A stretch of 64,000 nt of DNA from an uncultured Chroococcidiopsis sp. (GCA_964248365.1 CAXTYC010000006.1:96001-160000), one strand, 5' to 3'. Positions 1-11,069 are shown, counted from the first letter of the stretch. The notes: generated by a model from the sequence alone, not told the origin. A program made the numbers and translations.

Positions 1-1137
1 AGGACTGCTTGGGATATGATTACTGGGTTAGAGACAGGGGAAGTGGGAGTACTGTGGATTGCTGCTACTAATCCAGCTGTGAGTATGCCAGATTTGGAGC
101 GGACGAAGGCAGCACTATTGCGATCGCCCTTCACTGTCTATCAAGATGCATACTATCCGACTGAAACAGCCGTCTATGCTCATGTGCTTTTACCAGCAGC
201 ACAGTGGAGCGAGAAAACAGGTGTAATGACTAATTCTGAACGTCGGATCACCCTCTGTCCGGCTTTCCGCGATCCCCCAGGTGAAGCAAAGGCAGATTGG
301 GAAATTTTTGCCGATGTGGGTAGAAGGTTAGGTTTTGAGTCACAGTTTCAGTTTGCCTCCTCTGCCGACGTTTATAGTGAATTCGTCGGGTTGACACGCG
401 ATCGCCTTTGCGATCAAACTGGAATCAGTCACGAGCGGCTACGTACACAAGGTCCTACCCAATGGCCCTGTTCTGATGGCTTATCGAATAATGAGTCTAA
501 GTCATTCGGAGACGAGATTGAAGGCATGGGAGTATTAGGCGTTGGGGAAACCCACCAAACCCAATCCCAAAAAGCAAAACCCAAAACTCAAGACTCCTCA
601 TCTAAAAGACTTTACACCGATTTACGCTTCCATACACCCGATGGTCGCGCCCGTTTTGGTGCTTATCACTCAAAGGGATTGGCAGAACCCGCTGATCCGA
701 AATATCCTTTTGTGCTAACTACGGGCAGATTATACGGACACTGGCACACTCAAACTCGCACTGGACGCATTGAGAAAATTGGGCAGATGCATCCCGATCC
801 ATTTATTGAGATTCATCCCCGTGATGCGGCGAATTTAGGGATTGAAAATAACGAGTGGTTGGAAGTGCGATCGCGGCGAGGAAAAGCCAAGTTTCCAGCT
901 AAAATTACAACAGCAATTAGTCCTGGTACAGTCTTTGTCCCTATGCACTGGGGTGCTTTATGGGCAGATCAGGCAGAAGCCAACGCCCTCACCCATCCTG
1001 AAGCTTGTCCAGATTCACTTCAACCAGAATTAAAAGCTTGTGCAGTTCAACTGATGCCACTTTCTGCCGAACCTGATCTTTTCTCTTCTGAGGAATTGGA
1101 TAAAATTAATTCCTTCTCCTCACCAGTTTCTGTTTAG
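1..1137 (+). CDS. narB: Ferredoxin-nitrate reductase / molybdopterin oxidoreductase, C-terminal part (5' end outside window)
   Basis: Motifs [46 protein letters not shown] and [14 protein letters not shown] typical of cyanobacterial NarB; the frame is open to the window edge. Confidence 0.85.
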   Translation, partial: RTAWDMITGLETGEVGVLWIAATNPAVSMPDLERTKAALLRSPFTVYQDAYYPTETAVYAHVLLPAAQWSEKTGVMTNSERRITLCPAFRDPPGEAKADWEIFADVGRRLGFESQFQFASSADVYSEFVGLTRDRLCDQTGISHERLRTQGPTQWPCSDGLSNNESKSFGDEIEGMGVLGVGETHQTQSQKAKPKTQDSSSKRLYTDLRFHTPDGRARFGAYHSKGLAEPADPKYPFVLTTGRLYGHWHTQTRTGRIEKIGQMHPDPFIEIHPRDAANLGIENNEWLEVRSRRGKAKFPAKITTAISPGTVFVPMHWGALWADQAEANALTHPEACPDSLQPELKACAVQLMPLSAEPDLFSSEELDKINSFSSPVSV

Positions 1138-1236
1138 ATTTCACAGCCAAATTATAATTTAAGGTGGGCATGGGTGGCTACAATATATTGCCTGGTTTAA
1201 TATCATAAACAAGATATTTTGTCAAGATAGCCCCTA

Positions 1237-2337
1237 CTAATCGTTAATTGGCTTGATTAAAAAGTCTAAGAAATTAGCTCCGAGTAGCGATCGCCCATAC
1301 ATTTGACGATTAACTTCCTCGGCTGCTGCTATACCAGAATGCATGGCACTTTCGATTCTCTTACCCCCACACCAATCACCGCAACAAACAAGGGGTAAAT
1401 CAGTTTGTGCCGCTAAATAAGCACTCTTTAAAGGACGACTAGGAAAAGCATAACGCCAGCGGTGAATTTGCATCCATTCGGGATCATTTAACCAGGGTAG
1501 CAAATACTCAGATGCACGGGTTAGCATCTGGTGTCCAATGGGCTGGAGATCTGGTTCCTCTAAGTGCTGACGGGCAAAATTAGCACTACTGTGTAGCACA
1601 AACACTAACGATTGCCCCGTTTCCATACGCTTACTACTATCTAAGCCAATCCAGCCCAGTATGGAGTCATCGACAAAAGTAATAGCTTTCCAAAAGGGTG
1701 GTTGATGCAACTGTGCCGAGTATCCAGCAATTACACTCAAGCAAGGGTCAAATTCTACACAACGCAGCTGCTCAAGAAAATCTGCTGGTATATTAACCAA
1801 GCTTTGCAAGAGTGTGAAAGCTTGAGGTGCAGGAATAGCGACAACCACCGCCTTTGCAATTAATTCTGATGGTTGGGTGAGTGTGGAGTGGTTGTTAGTC
1901 TCTAGGGTGAGATGCCAATGTAGGGGGAAGCCCTGACTTGCTTGTTGCAAAGTAATAGCCTCTACTCGCTGGGATCGCTCTATTTCTAAACCAGCAGCGA
2001 GAAATTTGGCGATCGCACTCATACCATTTGGGGCAACATAACCAGGAGAGAGAGTAACAGATTTTAGCTGTTTTTGAGAGTATTCGTGTGTATCTGTCCA
2101 AACTTGTACAATACCACGATCGTATAATAGCTGCACCAAACGGGCCGGCAACTCCCCTTTTGGTTCTAAATAACACGCCCCATGATCGGCACAAGTATCA
2201 TGCAATCGGCGCGTAGCGACTCGCCCCCCTAATCCCCGCGACTTCTCTACCACTACCACCTTATATCCAGAGCAATGCAATTGCTGGGCGCAAACTAAGC
2301 CTGCCATACCAGCACCAATCACAGCAACATCAAACAT
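1237..2337 (-). CDS. NAD(P)/FAD-dependent oxidoreductase (renalase-like)
   Basis: GAGMAG Rossmann motif, EKSRGLGGRVATRR, DHGA, HRWRYA and CGDW motifs. Confidence 0.85.
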   Translation of the reverse strand: MFDVAVIGAGMAGLVCAQQLHCSGYKVVVVEKSRGLGGRVATRRLHDTCADHGACYLEPKGELPARLVQLLYDRGIVQVWTDTHEYSQKQLKSVTLSPGYVAPNGMSAIAKFLAAGLEIERSQRVEAITLQQASQGFPLHWHLTLETNNHSTLTQPSELIAKAVVVAIPAPQAFTLLQSLVNIPADFLEQLRCVEFDPCLSVIAGYSAQLHQPPFWKAITFVDDSILGWIGLDSSKRMETGQSLVFVLHSSANFARQHLEEPDLQPIGHQMLTRASEYLLPWLNDPEWMQIHRWRYAFPSRPLKSAYLAAQTDLPLVCCGDWCGGKRIESAMHSGIAAAEEVNRQMYGRSLLGANFLDFLIKPIND

Positions 2338-2565
2338 AAAAGTAATTAGCTTTTAGCTTAGAAAAGCAGCGGAGGTCATTAGTCTAACTCTGCCTGATCG
2401 CCTTCGCTAGAGCGTTATTGGCTATAATCTTCATGACACTCGTACAATTATATAAAAGAGTGCGCTAACGCCCATTTTGCTAATAGCTAACCGCTAACAC
2501 CTTTGCAAAGAGTAGAATAAAATCAAATGAGCACAACTATAGCTCGACTTTGGGAGGGTGGGACA

Positions 2566-3405
2566 TTGGATGAGCTGAGAGCGGCACTGGAATTAGCTAC
2601 GGAAGAAGAATTGGAACAGCTAACACAAATCTTATTCCGCCGTAAGTTTAATCCCATAGATTATGTTCACACTCCCGAACCGATAGACATTCAAAGCCGA
2701 GATCCGCAAGCTTGGCTAGATGCAATCGAGCAGCGATTTCGCTATTTAGCAGCAGACGGCGTGACTGTATTGCGGGGTTGCACAGAACAAGTAACCTATC
2801 GGCAAGTTTTGATCAAAGTTTGTCGTTATCTGAAGATTCCTTATTCTAATGCACTTGCGACGACTGATTTAGAAGCAGAGGTATTTCTAAATCTGATGGG
2901 AAGGACATGGAAACGGCTACCTGCATCAGAAAAGCAAAAGTTAACAGTGCGAGTGCAGCAAAGTCTTGCACCTTCAGAACTGGCTCAACTACCACTAGCA
3001 CTCCAGCGTGATCCTCTAGCAATACTTGTTAAAGGTGGCAGCGCGATCGCACTAAGTTCCATTATCCAGCCAATGTTGCTAAAACAACTGGCACAGCAGT
3101 TTGCATTGCATTTTGCCAGCTATCAAGTTGCCAAAGAAGCAGTGATCTCTGGTGGTGCAGCAGCAGCAACACAGTTTCAAAGTTATGTTGCTCTCCAGTC
3201 GGCAAGTAGAGGTATGGCTGTCTCAGCCGCTCGTTATGGCGCAGCTCAGGGAGCATTTGCCCTTCTAGGTCCCTTATTATGGACTTGGTTTTTAGCTGAT
3301 TTGGGTTGGCGGGCAATTTCAACTAACTATGGTCGCATCATTCCTGCCGTCTTTGCTTTAGCTCAAATTCGTCTCACCCGTGCTGAATATTGGGAAATAG
3401 CCTAA
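2566..3405 (+). CDS. YaaW family protein
   Basis: Conserved cyanobacterial start (M)DELRAALELATEEEL and C-terminal NYGRIIPAVFALAQIRL; TTG start at 2566 after GGAGGG; ATG at 2527 is the alternative. Confidence 0.7.
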   Translation: MDELRAALELATEEELEQLTQILFRRKFNPIDYVHTPEPIDIQSRDPQAWLDAIEQRFRYLAADGVTVLRGCTEQVTYRQVLIKVCRYLKIPYSNALATTDLEAEVFLNLMGRTWKRLPASEKQKLTVRVQQSLAPSELAQLPLALQRDPLAILVKGGSAIALSSIIQPMLLKQLAQQFALHFASYQVAKEAVISGGAAAATQFQSYVALQSASRGMAVSAARYGAAQGAFALLGPLLWTWFLADLGWRAISTNYGRIIPAVFALAQIRLTRAEYWEIA

Positions 3406-3488
3406 TAAATTATGAATTATGAATGCAGCAATGATGAATGTTAAAGTTTTAATTCATAATTCATCATCTATAATTCATCATTTCTAAT

Positions 3489-4841
3489 TTGTTGCATCCT
3501 AACAAAAGTTTACAAAAACCTTGGCAGTACGCCCAAATAGGGCTGCTGCTATTTCCATTGCTGCCATCAATTGGAATATTGGGTTTATTGGTGGCGATCG
3601 CCTTGACTTGGCGACACCACTACGATCTAATTATAAACCGTCGATTAAATTGGGTATTAGCTATCTTAGCAGGTTGGTTAATACTCACCAGCTGCTTTGC
3701 CTTTCGCCCAGTTGATGCTTTTTTGGGCTTATTTAATTTATTACCCTTCTTCGGCGTTTTTGCAGCATACAGCGCCCTGATTCAAACTCCTGCCCAATTA
3801 CGACGGCTAGCGCAAATTTTGGTTTTTACTTCCGTACCAGTAGTAATTATTGGTTTGGGGCAAATGTTTTGGGGTTGGGCAACATGGGCGGCATGGAAAG
3901 ATGTTTTAGTTGGGTTAGGATGTGCGATCGCACCTGGAGGTAATCCCCTCGGTCGAATGTCTTCTGTCTTTGCCTACACCAACCTTCTAGCTGGCTATCT
4001 AGTAATTGTTTTTATCTTGTCCCTAGGATTATGGATTGAAACCTTTCAGAAGTCCCACGTCAGGAGGCTCAATTCACAATTGAGGAGTCAGAATTATTCC
4101 TACACCCTCTTCTTAACCATTGCAGTTATTGGCAATTTCGTGGCACTGATCTTGACTAATTCCCGAAATGCTTGGGGGATCGCAATAGCCGCCGGAATTG
4201 CCTTTGCTGTTTACCAACGTTGGCATTGGCTGGTAGCTGGGGTAAGTGCGATCGCAACGAGTGTTATATTAGCTGCTTTTGCTCCTGCACCCGTCGCGCG
4301 ATCGTTACGTCTGGTAATTCCGGCTTATTTTTGGCAAAGATTAACAGACCAACTCTATCCTAACCGCCCCCATGTTTCGCTCAGAACAACTCAGTGGCAG
4401 TTTGCTTGGGGATTGACACAACAGCGTCCTTGGACTGGTTGGGGATTGCGGAATTTCCAGCCCCTCTATGAAATTCAGATGCACGCTTGGTTTGGTCATC
4501 CTCACAATCTTTTTCTCATGCTAGCTGCTGAAATCGGTATTCCAGCTACTTTAGTCTTTTGTGGTTGCCTCCTCTGGATTTTTTACCAAGGGATAAAATT
4601 GTTATTTAATTGGTCAAGCTATAGCACAAAAACTGTTAAAAGTAAACAGTATGCGGGGGAAAGGCTGATATTTTTCAGTTATCTAGTTGCCTTTTTTGCT
4701 TGTATTCTATTTAACACAGTAGATGTGACAATATTTGACCTGCGGCTGAATACACTGGTGTGGATAGTATTTTCGGCAATTGCTGGAGTGGTATATCACA
4801 AAAACGATGCGGATGATAGTAAGTGGCAACAATCTGGCTAA
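3489..4841 (+). CDS. O-antigen ligase family membrane protein
   Basis: Multiple TM segments; LTNSRNAW, RPWTGWG and HPHNLFL motifs. Confidence 0.8.
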   Translation: MLHPNKSLQKPWQYAQIGLLLFPLLPSIGILGLLVAIALTWRHHYDLIINRRLNWVLAILAGWLILTSCFAFRPVDAFLGLFNLLPFFGVFAAYSALIQTPAQLRRLAQILVFTSVPVVIIGLGQMFWGWATWAAWKDVLVGLGCAIAPGGNPLGRMSSVFAYTNLLAGYLVIVFILSLGLWIETFQKSHVRRLNSQLRSQNYSYTLFLTIAVIGNFVALILTNSRNAWGIAIAAGIAFAVYQRWHWLVAGVSAIATSVILAAFAPAPVARSLRLVIPAYFWQRLTDQLYPNRPHVSLRTTQWQFAWGLTQQRPWTGWGLRNFQPLYEIQMHAWFGHPHNLFLMLAAEIGIPATLVFCGCLLWIFYQGIKLLFNWSSYSTKTVKSKQYAGERLIFFSYLVAFFACILFNTVDVTIFDLRLNTLVWIVFSAIAGVVYHKNDADDSKWQQSG

Positions 4842-4930
4842 ATTCTAGCTATGCTTTCTTGTTATGAATCTGGATGGCAAACTTGTGGCGGGTAAATCTA
4901 AAGAAATAGTAAAGATTGTTGAGAATAAAT

Positions 4931-4974
4931 TGTAGCGGAACATACAATATTTCCCTTGGCGATCGCTCTAATAT
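4931..4974 (+). promoter_or_regulatory. NtcA-activated promoter of urtA
   Basis: TGTA-GCGGAACA-TACA (GTA-N8-TAC at 4932-4945), followed 23 nt later by TAATAT (4969-4974), about 70 nt upstream of urtA. Confidence 0.8.
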
Positions 4975-5044
4975 CACAATTTACACATCTATATACTCAG
5001 CCTAAGAGCATAGATCAAAAAGGAATACAAGAATACCTCTACAT

Positions 5045-6373
5045 ATGGCAAAACGATTTAACAGACGTAAATTTTTGGTGTATGGTTCTGCGACATTTGG
5101 AACCAGCATTTTATTAAAGGCTTGTGCTAACTCTCCAACTACACAGTCAAGCCCAAATGCAGTTTCATCCCCAGTAGCAAGTGGGGGAAGCACAAGTGCA
5201 AGTGGTGGAGACACAATCAAAGTAGGAATATTGCACTCGCTTTCCGGCACAATGGCAATTAGCGAAAAAAGTGTTGTAGACGCTGAACAACTGGCAATTG
5301 AGGAAATCAACAACGCTGGCGGCGTATTAGGGAAAAAGATTCAAGCCGTTGTTGAAGATGGTGCGTCTAACTGGGACACTTTTAGGGAAAAAGCCAATAA
5401 GCTAATTGACGAGGATAAAGTAGTTACCGTTTTTGGCTGTTGGACATCTGCCAGCCGGAAAAATGTGCTACCAGTGTTTGAGACTAAACAGCATATGCTG
5501 TGGTATCCAGTGCAGTACGAAGGGCAAGAATGTTCTAGAAATATTTTCTACACAGGTGCGGCTCCCAATCAACAAATCGAGCCAGCTGTTGACTGGCTAT
5601 TGCAAAATAAGGGGAAAGAGTTCTTCTTAGTTGGTTCGGACTACGTTTTTCCTCGCACCGCAAATACGATTATCAAAGCCCAACTAGCAGCCAAAGGCGG
5701 GAAGAGTGTGGGTGAAGATTACTTACCTCTTGGCAATACAGAAGTTACGCCCATTATTACCAAAATTAGGCAAACGCTTCCGAATGGTGGTGTAATATTT
5801 AATACTCTTAATGGTGATAGCAACGTTGCCTTTTTCAAACAGTTGCAAGGGGCTGGGTTGAATCCTGATAAGTATCCCTCGATGTCGGTTAGTATTGCCG
5901 AAGAGGAAGTCAAGGCGATCGGTGCAGATTATCTCAAAGGTCACTATGCTGCCTGGAACTATTTTCAAACAGTCGATACCCCAGCAAACAAAAAATTCGT
6001 TCAAGCATTTAAGCAGAAATACGGTCAAGAGCGGGTAACTAATGACCCGATGGAAGCTGCTTATATTATGGTTTATCTGTGGAAACAGGCAGTCGAAAAA
6101 GCTGGGAGTGCTGATGACTTAGAAAAGGTGCGAACTGCTGCTTTAGGACAAACCTATGATGCCCCAGAGGGTAAAGTGACATTGGAAAATAACCATCACT
6201 TAGCCAAGGTTGTGCGGATTGGTGAAGTGAGAGACGATGGTTTATTCAACATTGTTTACTCAACTGACAAGGCAGTTGCACCAGTTCCCTGGAATCAGTT
6301 CGTCAAAGAAACTAAGGGCTTTGGTTGTGATTGGTCTGATCCCAACAAGGGTGGAAAATACAAGATGGCTTAA
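5045..6373 (+). CDS. urtA: Urea ABC transporter substrate-binding protein
   Basis: RRKFL Tat-like and LKAC lipoprotein leader; KVGILHSLSGTMAISE, FGCWTSASRK, YPVQYEGQE. Confidence 0.95.
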   Translation: MAKRFNRRKFLVYGSATFGTSILLKACANSPTTQSSPNAVSSPVASGGSTSASGGDTIKVGILHSLSGTMAISEKSVVDAEQLAIEEINNAGGVLGKKIQAVVEDGASNWDTFREKANKLIDEDKVVTVFGCWTSASRKNVLPVFETKQHMLWYPVQYEGQECSRNIFYTGAAPNQQIEPAVDWLLQNKGKEFFLVGSDYVFPRTANTIIKAQLAAKGGKSVGEDYLPLGNTEVTPIITKIRQTLPNGGVIFNTLNGDSNVAFFKQLQGAGLNPDKYPSMSVSIAEEEVKAIGADYLKGHYAAWNYFQTVDTPANKKFVQAFKQKYGQERVTNDPMEAAYIMVYLWKQAVEKAGSADDLEKVRTAALGQTYDAPEGKVTLENNHHLAKVVRIGEVRDDGLFNIVYSTDKAVAPVPWNQFVKETKGFGCDWSDPNKGGKYKMA

Positions 6374-6466
6374 TGGCAAGCTCGCAAAGGCAGTAAATTT
6401 AAGATCTGTAGCATACCTTGTAAATTCAGTTGGGGCAAGACAATAACTAGAAACAAGCAGGAAGTA

Positions 6467-7564
6467 ATGTTTGTAATTGCTATGTGGCTGTTGAGCCGAC
6501 TAGTAATTGTTGTAGTGATGCAGCTGATTGCTCCCTTATTGCCGGCAACTGTGATGCTGCGTCACGATAATATCGGCTCAGTTGCCACGATGGGCTGGCA
6601 AAGCTTCGCCCATTGGGACGGTAAATGGTATCGCACAATCGTTACTTCTGGCTATGAATTTGCTTTGGATGGCAAGCAACATAATGTTGCTTTCTTTCCC
6701 TTATTTCCCTTAGTCACCCGTGCAGTTATGACCTTGTTCCTGCCGTTTGAAGTAGCAGGCACACTGGTGAACAACCTAGCTTTCCTGGGTGCAATGTTCT
6801 TGGTGTACTTTTGGGTGAAGGAGCGTCATGGTATCGTTGCTGCTAAGTGGACAACTGCCGTCCTGGCTTGGTGTCCATTCTCCATCTTCAGCACTATTAC
6901 CTACACTGAGGGGCTGTTTCTATTGTTAAGTACAGCGTCTTTACGAGCATTTGACAAAGGTCAGCATATTTGGGCAGCTGTGTGGGGCGCGATGGCGACA
7001 GCAACGCGGGTGAACGGCGTGGTACTGATTCCTACTTTTCTGATTGAGGCGTGGAGAAAACGCAGAGGAGCGATCGCCTACGTTGCAGCTATAGCAACAA
7101 GTACAGGATTGCTGCTGTTCAGTTTGTATTGCGCTATGCGGTTTGGCGATCCCTTAGCATTCCTCCATGCTCAGCGGGGCTGGCAACCACAAACTGGATT
7201 CAATTTGCAGGTTTGGTGGGATCTATTTACCCGCGATTTGATTTTACGCCGAGGTTTGAGTACCGCTATCATCGCTTTGACGAAAGTTGTCACCGTCTTT
7301 GGTGGCGGTTATTTGTTGTGGCGTTTACGCTTCCGGCTGAGTCCGATTGTTGTAACCTACGGTTTTTGCTCCATAGCGCTCATTTTCTGTTCGGGAGCAA
7401 TTATGTCTGTTGAACGCTTCATTTATGGCACAGTTTCGATCTTGATCGCTCTGGGTATATTACTGGAGCGCCATCAGCGTAGCGGCGCTGTTGTGTTGGG
7501 TTTATTTGCTCTGTTACTTATATACTTCTCGATGCGGTTTGCTTGGGGACTTTGGGTGGCGTAA
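6467..7564 (+). CDS. Membrane mannosyltransferase-like glycosyltransferase (PIG-V/GT-C type)
   Basis: HWDGKWY, AFFPLFP, YTEGLF, ATRVNG and GDPLAFLHAQRGW motifs; many TM helices. Confidence 0.75.
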   Translation: MFVIAMWLLSRLVIVVVMQLIAPLLPATVMLRHDNIGSVATMGWQSFAHWDGKWYRTIVTSGYEFALDGKQHNVAFFPLFPLVTRAVMTLFLPFEVAGTLVNNLAFLGAMFLVYFWVKERHGIVAAKWTTAVLAWCPFSIFSTITYTEGLFLLLSTASLRAFDKGQHIWAAVWGAMATATRVNGVVLIPTFLIEAWRKRRGAIAYVAAIATSTGLLLFSLYCAMRFGDPLAFLHAQRGWQPQTGFNLQVWWDLFTRDLILRRGLSTAIIALTKVVTVFGGGYLLWRLRFRLSPIVVTYGFCSIALIFCSGAIMSVERFIYGTVSILIALGILLERHQRSGAVVLGLFALLLIYFSMRFAWGLWVA

Positions 7565-7623
7565 GGCTAAGGTCAGTATTGCAGTTTAATCGGGAGAGCG
7601 TCTGTCAAGTTGAGAGGAAGGAC

Positions 7624-8784
7624 GTGCTAGCAGGATTATTTGATGGCTTATTTAACGGAATTAGTATCGGTGCTGTTTTATTAATTGCCGCTCTGGGGCT
7701 GGCGATCGTTTTTGGTTTGATGGGTGTAATTAACTTAGCTCACGGCGAGTTAATGATGCTGGGAGCCTATACAACTTTCGTTGTCCAAAATGGCTTCAAA
7801 AAGTTAGGCGGTTTTTGGTTTGAGATTTATATCTTTATTGCCCTCATCCTGGCTTTTTTAGTAGCTGCTGGGGTGGGATTAATTTTGGAGAGAGGAGTAA
7901 TTCGCTATCTTTATGGGCGACCCCTAGAGACACTGCTAGCAACTTGGGGTGTAAGTTTGATTTTGCAGCAGTTTGTCCGTAGCGTGAACTGGGTGCTGAT
8001 GATTTATCTGGTGCTATTTTGTCTATTGTTTTTCGGTAGTTTGTGGATTTTAAGTCGTCGCTCGGATTTTTTCAGGATCAGGAATTGGGCTGTTGCGGTG
8101 ATGTTGCCTTTATCTTTGGGCGTGGCGATCGCAACGGGTAATTTCTTGAGCCAAACTTATAAGCTGGCTGTGACTCAACCTTGGTTTGGCGCTCAAAACG
8201 TCGATGTTTCAGCACCTAAATGGCTACGGGGTGGGTTGCCGATTGGTAATTTCCAAATGCCTTATGCACGGTTATTTATCATTGCTCTAACCATTGTCTG
8301 TGTAATCGGAATTTACCTATTCCTGCAACGCACTGCTTGGGGATTGCGGATTCGTGCAGTAACGCAAAATCGCAGCATGAGTGCTTGTTTAGGTATCCCA
8401 ACTGGAAAAGTTGATGCCCTCACGTTTGCTCTGGGTTCAGGATTGGCGGGAGTGGCTGGGTGTGCAATTAGTTTTTTAGGTTCTGTAGGACCAAATACAG
8501 GTCAAAACTACATTGTTGATACTTTCATGGTTGTAGTGGTTGGCGGTGTGGGTAAGCTATTTGGCACAATTGTTGCCGCTTTAGCGATCGGTACAGTGAG
8601 CTATCTGATCGGTTCTGGCACACTAGCACTGCTACTTGCTCCCATCCAACCTTTGGCTGATTTCTTTACATTCTTTGCTACGACCAGTATGGCGAAGGTG
8701 ATGGTGTTTGCGTTGATTATTGCCTTTTTGCAGGTGCGACCAGGTGGGATTTTCCCGCAAAAAGGACGCACGGTGGATGCGTAA
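7624..8784 (+). CDS. urtB: Urea ABC transporter permease
   Basis: GLAIVFGLMGVINLAHGE and YGRPLETLLATWG; GTG start at 7624 after GAGGAAGGA. Confidence 0.9.
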   Translation: MLAGLFDGLFNGISIGAVLLIAALGLAIVFGLMGVINLAHGELMMLGAYTTFVVQNGFKKLGGFWFEIYIFIALILAFLVAAGVGLILERGVIRYLYGRPLETLLATWGVSLILQQFVRSVNWVLMIYLVLFCLLFFGSLWILSRRSDFFRIRNWAVAVMLPLSLGVAIATGNFLSQTYKLAVTQPWFGAQNVDVSAPKWLRGGLPIGNFQMPYARLFIIALTIVCVIGIYLFLQRTAWGLRIRAVTQNRSMSACLGIPTGKVDALTFALGSGLAGVAGCAISFLGSVGPNTGQNYIVDTFMVVVVGGVGKLFGTIVAALAIGTVSYLIGSGTLALLLAPIQPLADFFTFFATTSMAKVMVFALIIAFLQVRPGGIFPQKGRTVDA

Positions 8785-8822
8785 GCTCGTGGAAGCTCGT
8801 GGAAGCTCGTGGAAGCTCGTGG
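8783..8822. repeat. Tandem 10-mer (AAGCTCGTGG)x4 after urtB
   Basis: Read directly from the sequence. Confidence 0.9.
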
Positions 8823-8952
8823 CTAGAGAGGAGGGGGAAAAGGAAAAGGAAAAGGGAACGGGAAAGGGACTCGGGAAAAGGTAATTTCCCCCCCTGCTCT
8901 CTTCTCTCCCCCTCTCCTGTCTACTGACTAATTTTGAAAGGGGAGATTACGT

Positions 8953-10113
8953 ATGGTGGTGGATGCAAGCTTGGGACTTCGGGGTTTAGAGCGACAGAAG
9001 CGGCGATCGCTACTATTAGAAGTCTTAGTAGTAGCGGCGATCGCTCTTGTTTTGATCTTTGTGATGCCAGCAGTTCTTTCGAGTTTCCGCCTCAACTTAC
9101 TGGGGCGATTTTTAGCTTTGGCAATTGTTGCTCTAGGAATAGATTTGATCTGGGGCTACACTGGCTTGCTGAGTTTGGGACACGGAATTTTCTTCGGCTT
9201 GGGTGGATATGCGATGGGTATGCACCTAAAACTACAAGTCCCCCCCAACGAATTACCCGATTTCATGGGACTCTATGGTGTAACCAATCTACCCTGGTTT
9301 TGGCAGCCTTTTTATTCCTTTCCTTTTGCCACAGTAGCCGTTGTAATTATACCATCTTTGTTAGCGGCAATACTTGGTTATTTAGTATTTCGTAATCGCA
9401 TCCGAGGCGTTTATTTTTCCATCCTTACCCAAGCTGCAACAATTGTCTTTTTTAACTTCTTTAACGGTCAGCAAAAACTGTTCAACGGTACGAATGGACT
9501 TATAGATTTTAAAACTATATTAGGTGCAACTGTAAGCGCCCAACAGACACAGTTTGTTTTTTACACTGTGACTGTAATTTTACTTGCAGCTACTTATGTT
9601 CTTTGCCGCTGGCTGACAAGTGGACGCTTTGGGCGGCTGCTGATGGCGATTAGGGATGATGAAAGCCGAGTACGCTTCTTGGGATATAACCCAACAGAAT
9701 TTAAAGTGCTAGTGTTTGCTGTTTCAGGTGCGATCGCTGGTGTTGCAGGAGCGATGTACACTCTTCAAAGTGGCTCTGTCTCTCCCAGAGCGATGGATGT
9801 TGCCTTTTCGATTGAAATGGTGATTTGGGTAGCAATTGGCGGTAGGGCGACACTGGTAGGGGCGATCGCGGGAGCGCTATTAGTAAACTATGCCAGAACC
9901 TTTTTCAGTGAACAATTCGCCGAAATTTGGCTATTTTTTCAAGGAGCGCTATTTTTGCTAGTTGTGACAGTCCTACCTGATGGCATCATCGGCTGGCTAC
10001 GCAGTAAAGGGCTTCAACAGCTAATACCAGGACGGCGCAAGCAAATATTAACTTACCCTAGTTTATCAGAAGACCCACAGGTAGAGCAAGAACGGGAAAA
10101 CCTTGGCTCTTAG
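8953..10113 (+). CDS. urtC: Urea ABC transporter permease
   Basis: DLIWGYTGLLSLGHG, RIRGVYFSILTQA, AIRDDESRVRFLGY. Confidence 0.92.
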   Translation: MVVDASLGLRGLERQKRRSLLLEVLVVAAIALVLIFVMPAVLSSFRLNLLGRFLALAIVALGIDLIWGYTGLLSLGHGIFFGLGGYAMGMHLKLQVPPNELPDFMGLYGVTNLPWFWQPFYSFPFATVAVVIIPSLLAAILGYLVFRNRIRGVYFSILTQAATIVFFNFFNGQQKLFNGTNGLIDFKTILGATVSAQQTQFVFYTVTVILLAATYVLCRWLTSGRFGRLLMAIRDDESRVRFLGYNPTEFKVLVFAVSGAIAGVAGAMYTLQSGSVSPRAMDVAFSIEMVIWVAIGGRATLVGAIAGALLVNYARTFFSEQFAEIWLFFQGALFLLVVTVLPDGIIGWLRSKGLQQLIPGRRKQILTYPSLSEDPQVEQERENLGS

Positions 10114-10265
10114 AGGCTAGAAGAGGGCAAAAGGGAGCAAAAGGGAGCTGGGGGAGCAAAAGGGGGAAAGAATAATTCTGACTTGGAGACTTGGAGACTT
10201 GGAGACTTCTGACGTGAGTTTCCTCACGAATCACTACTCACTACGAATTATTAGGGGGCGATCGT

Positions 10266-11018
10266 TTGAACGGGAAAATTTTGGAAATTGAAGATTTAAC
10301 GGTTAGTTTTGACGGTTTCAAGGCACTCAATCAGCTAAACTTCAGCATAGATGTGGGTGAACTTAGGGTAGTAATTGGTCCAAATGGTGCTGGTAAAACG
10401 ACATTTCTAGATGCGATCACAGGCAAGGTAAAACCAACCAGGGGGCGGGTATTGTTCAAAGGACGTAACTTGCGCTCGCTATCAGAATATCAGATTGCCC
10501 GACTGGGCATCGGTCGCAAGTTTCAAACTCCCAGAGTGTACCTCAACTTAACGCCGCGTGAAAACCTATTTCTGAGTTGTAACCGGAAAAAAAATATTTG
10601 GGCAACTTTATTCGAGCGTCCAAGGGCGGCGGAACGCAAGACGGTTGCTGGTTTACTAGAAACAATTGGCTTAACCGCTAGTGCAGACATTGGGGCTGCC
10701 AAACTTTCTCATGGTGAAAAGCAACGTTTAGAAATTGGTATGCTAGTAGCTCAATCGCCAGATTTGCTACTGGTTGATGAACCTGTTGCTGGGTTGACAG
10801 ATGAAGAAACCGAGAACGTCGGCAATTTACTACTAGCCTTGGCTCAGAGCCATTCTATTATAGTGATTGAGCATGATATGGAATTTGTTCGTCAGATTGC
10901 CCGCAAAGTGACAGTTCTACATCAAGGTTCGGTTCTATGCGAGGGGAGTATCGAGCAAGTGCAAAACGATCCTCGTGTGATTGAAGTGTATTTGGGACAG
11001 CCAGAAACTGGTGTATAA
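10266..11018 (+). CDS. urtD: Urea ABC transporter ATP-binding protein
   Basis: GPNGAGKTT Walker A, RKFQTP, LSHGEKQRLEIGM; operon position. Confidence 0.92.
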   Translation: MNGKILEIEDLTVSFDGFKALNQLNFSIDVGELRVVIGPNGAGKTTFLDAITGKVKPTRGRVLFKGRNLRSLSEYQIARLGIGRKFQTPRVYLNLTPRENLFLSCNRKKNIWATLFERPRAAERKTVAGLLETIGLTASADIGAAKLSHGEKQRLEIGMLVAQSPDLLLVDEPVAGLTDEETENVGNLLLALAQSHSIIVIEHDMEFVRQIARKVTVLHQGSVLCEGSIEQVQNDPRVIEVYLGQPETGV

Positions 11019-11069
11019 CTTCTGGCAAGGGAGAAGCCGAACAAATAAAATTATTTGACTATACCAAAC

